Source: Myxococcota bacterium (GTDB taxonomy: Bacteria; Myxococcota_A; UBA9160; SMWR01). Taken from it: a DNA stretch of 64,000 bases. The notes beneath the pieces are model-generated. The model searched no databases. It was not told the DNA's origin and was given only the letters and a program-made list of their open reading frames with translations. The stretch lies in the NCBI GenBank assembly GCA_050618055.1, contig JBNLVK010000248.1, positions 5,788-69,787 on the forward strand. Reading direction: 5' to 3'. Shown piece after piece: positions 1 through 10,277 of this stretch. The first letter of the stretch is position 1. Each line of letters starts with the position of its first letter. A program made the translations under genes and the position numbers.

Positions 1-776
1 CGGGCAAGAGCACCTACCTGCGCCAGGTGGCGTTGATCGTGCTGCTGGCCCAGATCGGCAGCTACGTCCCGGCTGCCAGCGCGCAGATCGGCGTGGTCGA
101 CCGCGTGTTCACGCGGGTCGGCGCGTCGGACCGGCTGGCGCGCGGCGAGTCGACCTTCATGGTGGAGATGCGCGAGACCGCCGAGATCCTCTCGCAGGCC
201 ACGCGTCGCAGCCTGATCATCCTGGACGAGATCGGTCGCGGCACCAGCACCTTCGACGGACTGTCGATCGCCTGGGCGGTGGCCGAGCACCTGCACGACG
301 CGCCGGGCCTGGCCTGCCGCACGCTCTTCGCCACCCACTACCACGAGCTGGCGGACCTCGCCCGCACCAAGACGCGGGTCGCCAACGCCCACTTCGAGGC
401 GCGCGAGTGGGGCGAGGAGGTGCTGTTCCTGCGGAGGCTGGTGCCGGGCAGCGCGAACCGCTCCTACGGGATCCAGGTGGCGCGCCTGGCCGGGCTGCCC
501 GCCGAGCTGATCGCGCGCGCCCGCGAGATCCTGCGCAACCTGGAGGGGAGCGAGCTCGACGAGTCGGGCCGGCCGCGCCTGGCGCTGGGCGGCGCCCCGG
601 TCGACCGGGAGGCGGCGGACGCCGACCAGCTCGGCCTGTTCTCCGCGCCGGGTCCGTCGCGGGGCGAGCGCGACGTGCTCGAGCGCCTGCGGCGGATCGA
701 CCCGGAGCAGACCACACCGATCGAGGCGCTGTCGCTGCTGGCCGACCTGCGCGCGCGCCTGGGAGACGAGTCGTGA
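1..776 (+). CDS. mutS: DNA mismatch repair protein MutS, C-terminal ATPase/dimerisation part (5' end outside window)
   Basis: Frame is open from base 3. Translation shows MutS signature blocks [44 protein letters not shown] and THYHEL. Stop TGA at 774-776. Confidence 0.95.
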   Translation, partial: GKSTYLRQVALIVLLAQIGSYVPAASAQIGVVDRVFTRVGASDRLARGESTFMVEMRETAEILSQATRRSLIILDEIGRGTSTFDGLSIAWAVAEHLHDAPGLACRTLFATHYHELADLARTKTRVANAHFEAREWGEEVLFLRRLVPGSANRSYGIQVARLAGLPAELIARAREILRNLEGSELDESGRPRLALGGAPVDREAADADQLGLFSAPGPSRGERDVLERLRRIDPEQTTPIEALSLLADLRARLGDES

Positions 777-1957
777 GGCGTCGGCGCGCGATCGGACCGC
801 TGCTGTGCCTGCTGCTCGCGCCGGCGCTGATGGGCGTCGAGCGGCCGCCGGGTCTGGGCGACGTCACCGAAGTGCGTCACTGGTCGTACCCCGACTACAC
901 GCGCGTGGTGATCGAGCTCGACCGGGCGGTGCGCATCAAGCGCGAGCCGCGGCGGCTGGCGGCCGACGCCCGCGCCGACCGGCCCGAGCGCCTCTACCTC
1001 GACCTCGAGGGCGTCTGGGTCGGGCGTCGCTTCCTCGACGGCATCGCCGTGCGCGACGGTCTGCTGGAGGGCGTGCGCATCGGCCAGAACACGCGCAGCT
1101 CCATCCGCGTCGTGGTCGACCTCCAGCGCTACGCGCGGCACCGCCTGATCACCCTGTCGCATCCGGACCGCCTGGTGCTCGACGTCTTCGGGCCGCGAAG
1201 CGGCGTGGGGTTACCGCACCGGCCCGGCGTCCCCCAGGAGCCGATGCTGCCCTCGTCGATCCGCGGCGTGCGCACGGTCGTGCTCGATCCGGGCCACGGC
1301 GGACGCGATCCAGGCGCCATCGGCGTCGGCGGGATCCAGGAGAAGCGGGTGACCCTCGCCATGGCGCGGGCGCTCGAGCAGGACCTGGCCGAGCGCGGCT
1401 TCCGGGTGGTGCTCACCCGCGACGGCGACGAGACGCTCACCCTGGAGGACCGCACCGCCCGGGCCGAGGCGGCGCGCGGCGACCTGTTCGTATCGCTCCA
1501 CGCGAACGCGGCGCCGCGTCGCTCGGTGCGCGGGGTCGAGACCTACTACCTGGACGAGAACCACGAGCGCCACAGCCTGACCGTCGCCGCCCGCGAGAAC
1601 GGCGTGAGCCGCAGCGAGGTGAACGCCCTCCAGCGCACGCTCGCGAAGCTCCGCGTGCACGAGGTCTCGCCGCTGTCGCGCAAGCTGGCCGAGCTGGTCC
1701 AGGGACAGATCGTCGGGGGCATGCCCCGTCCCTACGGTCCGGTGCCCGACCTGGGCGTGAAGAAGGGACCGTTCTACGTGCTCTTCCTGTCGACCATGCC
1801 GTCGGTGCTGGTGGAGGCGGGCTTCCTGACCAACAAGACCGAGGCGAAGCGGCTGCGCGATCGCGAGTACATCCACGCCATGGCGGAGCAGATCGCCGAG
1901 GCGCTGGTCCAGTACCGCGACTCGGGCTCGAGCCTCGCCTGGAACCCCCGGCCGTGA
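773..1957 (+). CDS. N-acetylmuramoyl-L-alanine amidase (AMIN domain + Amidase_3, AmiB/AmiC-like)
   Basis: GTG 773 overlaps the mutS stop (GTGA). Signal-like N-terminus [24 protein letters not shown]-like block [17 protein letters not shown]. Catalytic blocks [28 protein letters not shown]. The upstream part of track ORF 407..1957 is Arg/Pro junk. Confidence 0.9.
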   Translation: MRRRRAIGPLLCLLLAPALMGVERPPGLGDVTEVRHWSYPDYTRVVIELDRAVRIKREPRRLAADARADRPERLYLDLEGVWVGRRFLDGIAVRDGLLEGVRIGQNTRSSIRVVVDLQRYARHRLITLSHPDRLVLDVFGPRSGVGLPHRPGVPQEPMLPSSIRGVRTVVLDPGHGGRDPGAIGVGGIQEKRVTLAMARALEQDLAERGFRVVLTRDGDETLTLEDRTARAEAARGDLFVSLHANAAPRRSVRGVETYYLDENHERHSLTVAARENGVSRSEVNALQRTLAKLRVHEVSPLSRKLAELVQGQIVGGMPRPYGPVPDLGVKKGPFYVLFLSTMPSVLVEAGFLTNKTEAKRLRDREYIHAMAEQIAEALVQYRDSGSSLAWNPRP

Positions 1958-4680
1958 ACGCTCCCCCGATCGACGACTTCCTCCACCCGTCGCTCGAGCT
2001 GCGCGCGGGCGGTGCCGACGCCGGCTTCGACGTCCCGGCGGCGGTGCGCGCCTACCTGAAGGCGTCCCGCGCGTACCTGCTCGAGCTGCACGCCCAGGTC
2101 GAGAGCGGGCGCATCGTCAACGAGACCCACTCCGACCTGATCGACCGCCTGCTGCGCCGGCTCTTCCAGCTCTCGGAGGAGTGCTACTTCGGCGAGGGCG
2201 GCGAGGGGCCGTCGGACCTGTGCGTCGTGGCGGTGGGCGGCTACGCACGGCGCGAGATGAGCATCCACTCGGACGTGGACATCCTGTTCCTGTACCGCGA
2301 CCGCCTGACGGACCACGTGAAGGCGGTGGCGGAGCGCATGCAGTACTGGCTGTGGGACGCCCAGGTCACCGTGGGGGGCGCTACGCGGACGCTCCAGGAG
2401 ACGCTCCAGCTCGCGACCCAGGACGAGTCGGTGCGCACGGCGGTGCTGGCGCCGCGCTACCTGGCCGGAAGCGGCGTGCTCTTCCACCAGTTCAACCACC
2501 TGCTCCAGAGCAAGCTGGTGGCGAAGCCGGAGCGCTTCATCTCGCGGCTGATCCTGGCGCAGCAGGAGCGGCACACCCAGTTCGGCGACTCGCTCTACCT
2601 GCTCCAGCCGAACATCAAGGAGGGCGCCGGCGGCCTGCGCGACTACCACACCTGCTACTGGGCGATGCAGGCCTCCGAGTCGAGCGCCCGCGGCAAGAAC
2701 GACTTCCTGCACCTGGGCCTGCTCACCGAGGAGGAGGCGGACCTCTTCTTCGGCGCGCTCGACTTCCTGTGGCGGGTGCGCAACGAGCTGCACCTGGTGG
2801 TGGGGCGCGAGCACGACCAGATGAGCTTCGAGCTCCAGGAGCAGGTGGCCCAGACGCTCGGCTACGGCGACGCCGAGGGCAGCCCGGGTCACGAGCTTCC
2901 CGTCGAGCGCTTCATGGGCGACTACTACCGCCACGCCCGCGCCGTGGCGAACTACAGCTCGCTCGTCATCGAGCAGTGCCTGGCGCGCGTGCGCAAGGTG
3001 CCGCGGCGCCGGCGCGTGCAGTACGTGGAGGGCGGCCTGCGCATCGCCAACGGCCAGCTCGAGATCCCGCACGCGCGCTTTCTGCGCGAGGACCCGGTCC
3101 AGCTGATCCGCACCTTCGCCATCGCCCAGGACCACGACGTGCCGCTCACCCGCAAGGCGCGACGGCTGATCCGCGAGCACCTGCACCTGATCGACGACGG
3201 CTACCGCAAGGACCCGGCGGCGGTGGACGCCTTCCTGCGGGTGCTCCGCGGCGAGCGCCGCGTCACCCGCTCGCTGATCGCGATGAACGAGGTGGGTCTG
3301 CTGGGGGCGTTCATGCCCGAGTGGGACCACATCGTCTGCCGCTGGCAGCACGTCATGTACCACACCTACACCGTCGACGTTCACAGCATCTTCCTGGTCG
3401 AAGAGCTGCGCCGGCTGGTGAAGGGCGACTACAAGGACGAGCTGCCCGCCCAGACCGAGTTGATCCGTGGCGTCGACGACCTGACCGTGGCGTACCTGGG
3501 CTGCCTGTTCCACGACATCGGCAAGGGGCTCGGCGGCAACCACTCGCCCAAGGGAGCGGTCCGCACCCGGGCCTGCCTCGAGCGCATGGGCCTGGACGCC
3601 GAGACCGTCGATCGGGTGGTGTTCCTGGTGGAGCAGCACCTGGTGATGTCCCACCTGGCGCAGCGCCGCGACCTCTCCGACCCCCGGCTCGTACTCGACT
3701 TCGCGCGGCTGGTGGGGGACCGGACCAACCTGCGGAACCTGTACCTGGTGACGATCGCCGACATCCGGGCGTCGTCGAAGCAGGCCTGGAGCGACTGGAA
3801 GGGGCGGCTGCTCAGCGAGCTCTTCGAGAAGACCGCCGAGTTCCTGGAGACCGGCGCCGACGACGCGGGGCGGGCGCGGGAGCTGATCGACCGCCGCGTC
3901 GAGGTGCGCCGCGAGGCGGCCGCCGTCGAGCTGGGCAAGCAGGGGGTCGACGCCGGCCTGGTCGAGCAGTACTTCGAGCTGATGCCGCGCCGCTACTTCA
4001 CGGCGCACTCGCCGTCGCAGATCGCGCGCCACGCCCGCGTGGTGCTCGACTTCGAGCCGGAGAAGCGGCTGGCCATGTCGGTGCGATCGTTCCGGGGCGG
4101 CTTTTCCGAGCTGATCCTGTGCGCCCGCGACGAGCACGGACTGTTCTCGAAGGTGGCGGGCGTGTTGACCGCCCTGCACATCAACATCCTCGGGGCGCAT
4201 GTCTACACCATGCGCTCCGGCCTGGCGCTCGAGGTCTACCGGGTGACCACGCCGGAGGGCGAGGAGAACGAGCAGTCGATCGGCTGGGAGACGCTGCGAC
4301 GCACCCTGGAGGAGGTGCTCTCCGGCGAGGTCACGGTCGCGCAGCTGCTGAAGCGGCGCGGGCGCACCGTCCGCCGCACGCGGCCCCCGTCCTCGAAGCC
4401 GGAGGCGGTCACCGTCACCAACGAGGAGTCCGACTTCTACACGATCGCCGACGTGGCGGCGGACGACCGGCTGGGCCTGCTCCACGACCTGACCGCCGTG
4501 ATCGCGGACCTGGACCTCGAGATCTACATCTCGAAGGCCGGCACCGTGCTGGATCAGGTGACCGACACCTTCTACCTGAAGGACGCGCAGGGCAAGAAGG
4601 TGCTCGACCGCAAGGTGCTCGCCGCCCTCGAGAAGCGGCTGCTGGCGGCGGCGCGCTCCGAAGGCCCGGGGAATGGCTGA
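1954..4680 (+). CDS. glnD: [protein-PII] uridylyltransferase/uridylyl-removing enzyme GlnD
   Basis: GTG 1954 overlaps the amidase stop. Nucleotidyltransferase motif GGYARREMSIHSDVDILFLY, HD domain LFHDIGKG, and two C-terminal ACT-like repeats (ELILCARDEHGLFSKV, YTIADVAADDRLGLLHDL). The first ~380 codons of track ORF 805..4680 are spurious. Confidence 0.93.
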   Translation: MNAPPIDDFLHPSLELRAGGADAGFDVPAAVRAYLKASRAYLLELHAQVESGRIVNETHSDLIDRLLRRLFQLSEECYFGEGGEGPSDLCVVAVGGYARREMSIHSDVDILFLYRDRLTDHVKAVAERMQYWLWDAQVTVGGATRTLQETLQLATQDESVRTAVLAPRYLAGSGVLFHQFNHLLQSKLVAKPERFISRLILAQQERHTQFGDSLYLLQPNIKEGAGGLRDYHTCYWAMQASESSARGKNDFLHLGLLTEEEADLFFGALDFLWRVRNELHLVVGREHDQMSFELQEQVAQTLGYGDAEGSPGHELPVERFMGDYYRHARAVANYSSLVIEQCLARVRKVPRRRRVQYVEGGLRIANGQLEIPHARFLREDPVQLIRTFAIAQDHDVPLTRKARRLIREHLHLIDDGYRKDPAAVDAFLRVLRGERRVTRSLIAMNEVGLLGAFMPEWDHIVCRWQHVMYHTYTVDVHSIFLVEELRRLVKGDYKDELPAQTELIRGVDDLTVAYLGCLFHDIGKGLGGNHSPKGAVRTRACLERMGLDAETVDRVVFLVEQHLVMSHLAQRRDLSDPRLVLDFARLVGDRTNLRNLYLVTIADIRASSKQAWSDWKGRLLSELFEKTAEFLETGADDAGRARELIDRRVEVRREAAAVELGKQGVDAGLVEQYFELMPRRYFTAHSPSQIARHARVVLDFEPEKRLAMSVRSFRGGFSELILCARDEHGLFSKVAGVLTALHINILGAHVYTMRSGLALEVYRVTTPEGEENEQSIGWETLRRTLEEVLSGEVTVAQLLKRRGRTVRRTRPPSSKPEAVTVTNEESDFYTIADVAADDRLGLLHDLTAVIADLDLEIYISKAGTVLDQVTDTFYLKDAQGKKVLDRKVLAALEKRLLAAARSEGPGNG

Positions 4681-5608
4681 GCGGGCCGACGTCGACGCCT
4701 GCGTCGACGCCTTCCTCACCCACGGAGCGGTGGAGCGCGGCCTGGCGCCGCGCACGCTCGAGGCCTACGGCCGCGACCTGGCGCGCTTCGCGGCGTACCT
4801 CGAAGGGCAGGGCGTGGCGCGCATGCGCGACGTCGGTCGCGAGCACCTGACCGGCTTCGTGGTCTCGCTCGAGGGCGACGGACTGTCGGCGCGCAGCCGC
4901 GCCCGGACCCTGGTGGCGGTGCGACGGCTGCTGCGCCACGCCGGCGAGTCGGGGGCGCTCTCCGGCGATCCGGCCGAGGGCCTGCTGGCGCCGCGCATGG
5001 CGCGCACGCTGCCGAAGGTGCTGCGCAGCGACGAGTCGGTGGCGCTGATCGAGGCCGCGGACGACGACACGCCGCTCGGCCTGCGCGACCGGGCCATGCT
5101 GGAGGTGCTCTACGGCTCGGGCCTGCGGGTGAGCGAGCTGGTGGGCCTGGTGCTCGGCGCCATCGACCGTCGGGGTGGACTGCTGCGGGTGGTCGGCAAG
5201 GGCAACAAGGAGCGCATCGTGCCGCTGGGGGAGCCCGCCCTGGCCGCGCTCGACGCGTACCTCGAGCGGGCGCGACCCTCGTTGCTGAAGGCGGCGAAGC
5301 GGACGGTCGACGCCGTCTTCCTGTCGAACCGGGGCGCGGCCATGACGCGCCAGAACTTCTTCCAGCGGCTGCGGGCCGTCGCGCGCCGCGCCGGCATCCC
5401 CCAGGACCGGGTCTCGCCCCACGTCCTGCGCCACGCCTTCGCCACCGACCTGCTGGAGGGCGGAGCCGACCTGCGCGCCGTCCAGTCGATGCTGGGCCAC
5501 GCGGATCTCTCCACCACCCAGGTCTACACCCACGTGAGTCGCGCGCGGCTGCGCGAGACCGTCGAGGAACGGCATCCGCGCGGCGCCGGACGTTCGCGCA
5601 GCGGATGA
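4673..5608 (+). CDS. xerD: Tyrosine recombinase, XerC/XerD family (XerD-like)
   Basis: ATG 4673 overlaps the glnD stop. Core-binding N-terminus VERGLAPRTLEAYGRDLARF. Catalytic region RVSELVGL, HVLRHAFATDLLEGGADLRAVQSMLGHADLSTTQVYTHV. Sits in housekeeping context next to scpAB. Confidence 0.88.
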   Translation: MAERADVDACVDAFLTHGAVERGLAPRTLEAYGRDLARFAAYLEGQGVARMRDVGREHLTGFVVSLEGDGLSARSRARTLVAVRRLLRHAGESGALSGDPAEGLLAPRMARTLPKVLRSDESVALIEAADDDTPLGLRDRAMLEVLYGSGLRVSELVGLVLGAIDRRGGLLRVVGKGNKERIVPLGEPALAALDAYLERARPSLLKAAKRTVDAVFLSNRGAAMTRQNFFQRLRAVARRAGIPQDRVSPHVLRHAFATDLLEGGADLRAVQSMLGHADLSTTQVYTHVSRARLRETVEERHPRGAGRSRSG

Positions 5609-6918
5609 AGCGGCCCCGCACCAGCGAGCTGTTGCGCGCCATTCCCGCGCCCGAGGCGGATCTGGTGCGCCGCGTGCTGGAGGCCGCCGAGGCGTCCGGC
5701 TGCGGCGTGCACCTGGTGGGCGGGCCGGTGCGCGACTGGCTGCTCGAGCGCCCGCTGCGCGACGTCGACCTGCTGGTCGAGCCGGGCGAGCCGTCGGCGG
5801 CGGACCTGGCGCGGGCGGCGGCCCCGCCGGACGCCGAGATCGAGGTGCACGAGCGCTTCGGCACGGTGGTGCTGCGCGGCGGCGGGGGCGTGGTCGACCT
5901 GGCCGGGTCGCGCCGCGAGACCTACGAGCACCCGGGCGCGCTGCCGGTGGTCGAGCCGGCGCCGCTGGAGGAGGACCTCTGGCGGCGCGACTTCTCGGTG
6001 AACGCGGTGGCGCTGCCGCTGTCGAAGGCGGCCCGCGCGCGGCACGCCGGGATCGTCGATCCCACCGGCGGCCTGGAGGACCTGAGCAAGCGCTCGCTGC
6101 GCGTGCTGCACCCCCAGAGCTTCCGCGACGATCCGACCCGCGCGCTGCGGGCGGCGCGTCTGGCGCCGCGGCTCGGCTTCTCGGTGAGCCGCGCCTCGCG
6201 CACGTCGCTGCGCGGGGCGCTGCGCGAGGGCGCCTTCGGGCGTGTGAGCGGCGAGCGCATGCGGCGCGAGCTCCAGAAGCTGTTCCAGGACGCCGAGCTC
6301 GGTCTCGACCCGGCCCGGGCCCTGCGGCTGCTCTCGGACTGGCACGTGCTGGGCGCCCTCGAGCCGGGACTGGTGTTCGACAAGAAGGCCTCGGCGGCGC
6401 TGCGCCGGGTGGGGCGTGCGGTGGCGGAGCCGCCCTGGCGCGCCGCGCGCTGGCGCGCCTGGGCCACCGGCTTCGCCGTCTGGCTGGCACCGCTGCCGCC
6501 CCCGCTGCGCCGCCGCGCGCTGCGGCGGGTCGCGGTGCGCGGCGGCGTCGCCGAGCGCATCGTCCAGATGCCGCGGGTGCGCGATCGCGCGCTGCGGGCG
6601 CTGGCGCGGGGGCGCGGGCGCGGTCCGGTGCACGCGGCGCTGCGCGACCTGCCGGAAGAGGAGCTCCACGCGCTCCACGCCTGGGCCGAGCCCGCGCTGC
6701 GCCGCCGGATCGCGCGCTACGCGGCCGAGGACCGGCACCGGCGGCTCCCGATCAACGGCCAGGACCTGGCGGCGCTGGGGCTCGCGGGTCCCACGCTGGG
6801 GCGGGCGCTCGAGCGGGTGCGGCTGGCGTTCCTGGACGGAGCCGTGAAGACGCGCGAGGAGGCCCTGGCGCTGGCCGCCGAGGTGGCTCGCGGCCGGCCG
6901 TCGCGGCGGCGCCGGTGA
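5605..6918 (+). CDS. tRNA nucleotidyltransferase / poly(A) polymerase family protein (CCA-adding enzyme-like)
   Basis: ATGA overlap with the xerD stop. PolyA_pol head motif HLVGGPVRDWLLERPLRDVDLLV, then RRDFSVNA. The C-terminal helical region is poorly conserved. Confidence 0.8.
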   Translation: MKRPRTSELLRAIPAPEADLVRRVLEAAEASGCGVHLVGGPVRDWLLERPLRDVDLLVEPGEPSAADLARAAAPPDAEIEVHERFGTVVLRGGGGVVDLAGSRRETYEHPGALPVVEPAPLEEDLWRRDFSVNAVALPLSKAARARHAGIVDPTGGLEDLSKRSLRVLHPQSFRDDPTRALRAARLAPRLGFSVSRASRTSLRGALREGAFGRVSGERMRRELQKLFQDAELGLDPARALRLLSDWHVLGALEPGLVFDKKASAALRRVGRAVAEPPWRAARWRAWATGFAVWLAPLPPPLRRRALRRVAVRGGVAERIVQMPRVRDRALRALARGRGRGPVHAALRDLPEEELHALHAWAEPALRRRIARYAAEDRHRRLPINGQDLAALGLAGPTLGRALERVRLAFLDGAVKTREEALALAAEVARGRPSRRRR

Positions 6919-7009
6919 GAGGGGACCCGGCGTTGCCGGCGCGTAGGGGATTCTCCATACTCGCCCTGCCTCCCTCCTCCGCCTTCCGCGCCGACTGCTC
7001 GGAGCGCAC

Positions 7010-7846
7010 ATGACCGCGGCCCCGTCCGACGCTCTCGCGTCCGTGGACGCATCGCCCGTTTCCGGAGGCTCGACCTACGACGTCAAGCTCGGCGTCTTCG
7101 AGGGCCCGCTCGACCTGCTGCTCCACCTGATCCGGGTGAACGAGGTCGAGATCACCGACATCCCGGTGGCGGAGATCGCCTCCCAGTACATCGAGTACCT
7201 GGACCTGATGCGCGAGCTGAACCTGGACGTGGCCGGCGAGTACCTGGTCATGTCGGCGACGCTGGCGTGGATCAAGTCGCGCATGCTGCTGCCGGTCGAG
7301 TCGGAGGGCGAGGACGAGTCGGTCGACCCGCGCGCCGAGCTGGTGGCCCGGCTGCTCGAGTACCAGCGCTTCAAGGAGGTGGCCGGCGAGCTGGGCGACC
7401 GCCAGCTGCTGGGCCGCGACATCTTCGCCGCCCACGGTCCGGACCTCGAGCCGCCGCCCGAGAGCGAGCGCGAGATCGAGGTGGGGCTGTTCCAGCTGGT
7501 GGAGGCGCTGCGCACGGCGCTGCTGCGGGCCGGACCCTCCGGCGCTGCCCACGAGGTCGAGGTCGAGACGGTGACCGTCCACGAGCGCATGCTCGTGGTG
7601 ATGCAGGCCCTGGCGGACCGCGAGTCGTGCGAGTTCGAGGGTCTGCTGAAGGAAGAGGGCGAGTACGCCAGCCGCCAGATCATCGTGGCCACCTTCCTGG
7701 CGATCCTCGAGCTGACCCGGCTGGAGGCGCTGGGCCTGTACCAGGGACTCGACGGCGAGGGGGTCCCCGCCGGCCCCATCCACCTGCGCCGCAAGGCCGC
7801 GCCCGACGACCAGGGCTGGGTCGAGCGCATCTCCGAACTCATGTGA
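7010..7846 (+). CDS. scpA: Segregation and condensation protein A (kleisin ScpA)
   Basis: Motifs FEGPLDLLLHLIRVNEVEITDIPVAEIASQYIEYL and GEYLVMSATLAWIKSRMLLP. Followed directly by scpB. Confidence 0.92.
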   Translation: MTAAPSDALASVDASPVSGGSTYDVKLGVFEGPLDLLLHLIRVNEVEITDIPVAEIASQYIEYLDLMRELNLDVAGEYLVMSATLAWIKSRMLLPVESEGEDESVDPRAELVARLLEYQRFKEVAGELGDRQLLGRDIFAAHGPDLEPPPESEREIEVGLFQLVEALRTALLRAGPSGAAHEVEVETVTVHERMLVVMQALADRESCEFEGLLKEEGEYASRQIIVATFLAILELTRLEALGLYQGLDGEGVPAGPIHLRRKAAPDDQGWVERISELM

Positions 7847-7856
7847 GGACCGCCCC

Positions 7857-8522
7857 ATGGACGCCGAACAGCAGAAGCGCATCGTCGAAGCCGTCGTGCT
7901 CGCCAGCCCCGAGCCGATCCCGCCCACGCGCATCGCCGAGCTCATTCCGCGCTGCAACCCCTCGAAGGTGCGCGCCCTGGTGAAGGAGCTGAACGCGGAG
8001 TACGCCGAGTCGCGGCGCGCGTTCGAGATCTGGGAGGTGGCCGGCGGCTTCCAGATGCGTTCGCTGCCCGAGTTCGCGCCGTACCTGAAGCAGATCCAGA
8101 AGACCCGCGCGCTGCGCCTCTCCCAGGCGGCCCTCGAGACCCTGGCGATCGTGGCCTACCGGCAGCCGGTGACGCGGGCCGAGGTGGAGCACGTGCGCGG
8201 CGTCGACGCCGGCGCGGTGCTGCGCAGCCTGCTCGAGCGCAACCTGGTCCGCATTGCCGGGCACCGCGAGGTGCCGGGCCGACCCATCGTGTACGCGACC
8301 TCGCGCCGCTTCCTCGAGGTCTTCGGGCTGCCCAAGCTGGGCGACCTGCCGGCGCTGCGCGAGGTGGCGGAGCTTCCGTCGGACGACGAGGACGCGCCGG
8401 TCACGCCGCTGGCCGAGCCCGAGGCCGGCGCCGAGCCCGCCGAGTCCGCCGGGTCCGAAGTGCCCGCCGAGGCGGGCGCCGCCGAAGGCGAGCCCGCCGC
8501 GCCGCCGCCCGTCACCCACTGA
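7857..8522 (+). CDS. scpB: Segregation and condensation protein B (ScpB)
   Basis: IVEAVVLASPEPIP, LSQAALETLAIVAYRQPVTRAEVEHVRGVD, PGRPIVYATSRRFLEVFGL. Acidic/Ala-Pro-rich tail. Confidence 0.92.
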   Translation: MDAEQQKRIVEAVVLASPEPIPPTRIAELIPRCNPSKVRALVKELNAEYAESRRAFEIWEVAGGFQMRSLPEFAPYLKQIQKTRALRLSQAALETLAIVAYRQPVTRAEVEHVRGVDAGAVLRSLLERNLVRIAGHREVPGRPIVYATSRRFLEVFGLPKLGDLPALREVAELPSDDEDAPVTPLAEPEAGAEPAESAGSEVPAEAGAAEGEPAAPPPVTH

Positions 8523-8536
8523 GCCGCCGGACAGCG

Positions 8537-9358
8537 ATGGCCCGCGAGCGGCTGCAGAAGCTTCTGGCCGCCGCCGGCGTGGCGTCGCGTCGCGGCGCCG
8601 AGAGCCTCATCGAGGCCGGCCGGGTGTCGGTGAACGGCCGGACGGCGAAGCTCGGCGACGGCGCCGACCCGGAGCGCGACACCGTCGAGCTCGACGGCGA
8701 GCGGCTGCGCTTCGAGACGCATCGCTACTGGGTGGTGAACAAGCCGCGCGGCGTGCTCTCGACGGTGCGCGATCCGGAAGGGCGCCCGACCGTCCTCGAC
8801 CTGCTGCCCGACCGCGGGACGCGCGCCTTCCCGGTGGGCCGGCTCGATCGCGACACCGAGGGGCTGCTGCTGCTCACCAACGACGGTGAGCTCACCCACG
8901 CGCTGCTGCATCCCTCCCACGAGGTGGAGCGCGAGTACCAGGTGACGGTGCGCGGCGAGCTGGGCGAGCGCGCGCAGAAGCGTCTGGCGCGGGGCGTGCG
9001 TCTCGAGGAGGGCATGACCGCGCCGGCGAAGCTCTCGCGGGTGCGCTTCGACGCCGAGGCGAACACCACGAGCTTCCACCTCACCCTGGTGGAGGGCCGC
9101 AAGCGACAGATCCGGCGCGCGCTGCTGGCGCTGGGTCACCCGGTGCGCGCGCTGCGCCGCATCCGCATGGGTCCGCTGCGCCTGGGAAGGCTGCCGCGCG
9201 GCGGCGTGCGGGCGCCGACCGCCGCCGAGCGGCGCGCGCTCGAGGCCCTGCGCGAGCGCGCCCGCGGCCTCGGCGATGTGCAGCCGACGGGCAGGAAGGC
9301 CTCCAAGAGGCGGCCGCGCAAGCGGAAGGCCGGATCCCGGAAGCGGCCCGCGCAATAG
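8537..9358 (+). CDS. rluB: rRNA pseudouridine synthase, RsuA/RluB family (S4 domain + PseudoU_synth_2)
   Basis: S4 block RLQKLLAAAGVASRRGAESLIEAGRVSVNG. Catalytic block VGRLDRDTEGLLLLTNDGEL. Basic C-terminal tail. Confidence 0.85.
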   Translation: MARERLQKLLAAAGVASRRGAESLIEAGRVSVNGRTAKLGDGADPERDTVELDGERLRFETHRYWVVNKPRGVLSTVRDPEGRPTVLDLLPDRGTRAFPVGRLDRDTEGLLLLTNDGELTHALLHPSHEVEREYQVTVRGELGERAQKRLARGVRLEEGMTAPAKLSRVRFDAEANTTSFHLTLVEGRKRQIRRALLALGHPVRALRRIRMGPLRLGRLPRGGVRAPTAAERRALEALRERARGLGDVQPTGRKASKRRPRKRKAGSRKRPAQ

Positions 9359-9413
9359 CTCTATCTAGTTGAAATATATAGGTTTTCTGTAGGTTCTGGA
9401 GTAGACTCGGGGC
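9359..9413 (+). promoter_or_regulatory. AT-rich intergenic patch, likely promoter/5' UTR of the 9414 gene
   Basis: tagctctatctagttgaaatatataggttttctgtaggttctggag is by far the most AT-rich stretch in the surrounding ~10 kb. It contains TTGAAA and TATATA hexamers and a GGAG about 12 nt before ATG 9414. The exact -35/-10 pairing is not convincing. Confidence 0.3.
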
Positions 9414-10277
9414 ATGGCCGCGAGTTCCTCCCGCCTCCTCCTCCCGCTCGGCGTGGCCGCCCTGACGCTCGTGGGTGTCGGCCGCGCCGAGGCCATCAGC
9501 GGCGTCTGTCCGGACGGCAGCATCTTCATCGTGCGCGAGGCACGGGACATCCCGTGCAAGGCCGCGAAGCGCGTCGACCCGAACGACATTCCGCCGCTGG
9601 CGCCCGAGTTCCTGCCGCGCCCCTACGGCTGGGAGGCGTTCCACCGCGAGAGCGATCCGAACAACCCCTACAACCTGGTCGAGGTGGAGCCCCAGCAGCC
9701 GGTGCTGCCGCCGAAGGGCGAGGCGCCGGGCGTGAGCGCGCCGTCGACTCCGGCGCCGCCGCAGCCGGCCCCCACACCCCGCGTGGCGGCGGCACCGCCC
9801 GCGCTTCCGCAGCAGCCCGCCGCGCCGCTCGTGCTGTCGGCCCGCGAGATCGAGGACCTGGTGGCGATCGTCGAGGTGCTCCAGGACCGCGCCCCGGCCA
9901 CGCTTGTGCAGCGCGACGCCGACCACGCGAGCACGCTCCAGGTGCGCTTCGCGCGCTCGCGCGCCTTCGAGACGCGCCTGGCCCGCGACCTGGCCGCGCG
10001 CGCTCTCGCGCCGGCCGGACCGGTGGTCGTGTTCCACGTGCGCGCCGACGCCCCCGGCGCGTTCTGGGGGAACCTCACCTTCGTGCAGGGCCACGTGGCC
10101 TTCTCGCCCAACGCGGCGGATCCGGCCGAGTTCGGGGTGGTCGACGGCGCGCTCGGACCGCTGGCCGCCGGCGAGCGGGTGGTGGGCTACGCGGTGCTGC
10201 CGGCGGGCGCCGACCCCGGCCAGCCCCTCGACGTCTACTGGAACGATCGCCGGCTCACGGCGGTGCTGACCCCCTAG
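9414..10277 (+). CDS. Hypothetical secreted protein (Cys-bracketed DUF4124-like hairpin, Pro-rich linker)
   Basis: Signal peptide MAASSSRLLLPLGVAALTLVGVGRAEA. Motif CPDGSIFIVREARDIPC. Pro/Ala-rich spacer. No confident family assignment. Confidence 0.6.
   Translation: MAASSSRLLLPLGVAALTLVGVGRAEAISGVCPDGSIFIVREARDIPCKAAKRVDPNDIPPLAPEFLPRPYGWEAFHRESDPNNPYNLVEVEPQQPVLPPKGEAPGVSAPSTPAPPQPAPTPRVAAAPPALPQQPAAPLVLSAREIEDLVAIVEVLQDRAPATLVQRDADHASTLQVRFARSRAFETRLARDLAARALAPAGPVVVFHVRADAPGAFWGNLTFVQGHVAFSPNAADPAEFGVVDGALGPLAAGERVVGYAVLPAGADPGQPLDVYWNDRRLTAVLTP

Noticed and set aside
805-1953. 5' extensions of composite track ORFs. Examples are the first ~380 codons of 805..4680, and likewise the upstream parts of 11153..15235, 18628..25227, 25291..28665, 26775..29219, 39776..43711, 51231..55076 and 58516..61347.
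   Set aside because: Upstream of the chosen starts the translations become Arg/Pro/Gly/Ala junk and overlap other well-supported genes. The real genes begin at internal ATG/GTG/TTG codons that often overlap the preceding stop.
1774-4755. 993-aa minus-strand ORF antisense to glnD.
   Set aside because: The composition is dominated by Arg/Ala/Gly/Leu/Val/His runs with no recognisable motif. It lies exactly opposite a well-supported glnD, which is typical shadow-ORF behaviour in GC-rich DNA.
4673-5608. Tyrosine recombinase as a marker of a mobile element.
   Set aside because: It is embedded by 4-nt overlaps in a housekeeping operon (glnD upstream, CCA-like and scpAB downstream) and has XerC/D-type motifs. 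It is most likely the chromosome dimer resolvase.
10274-10277. Shared palindromic CTAG serving as the stop codon for both convergent genes (also at 16859-16862).
   Set aside because: It is real but trivial: a consequence of tight convergent packing, with no evident function.
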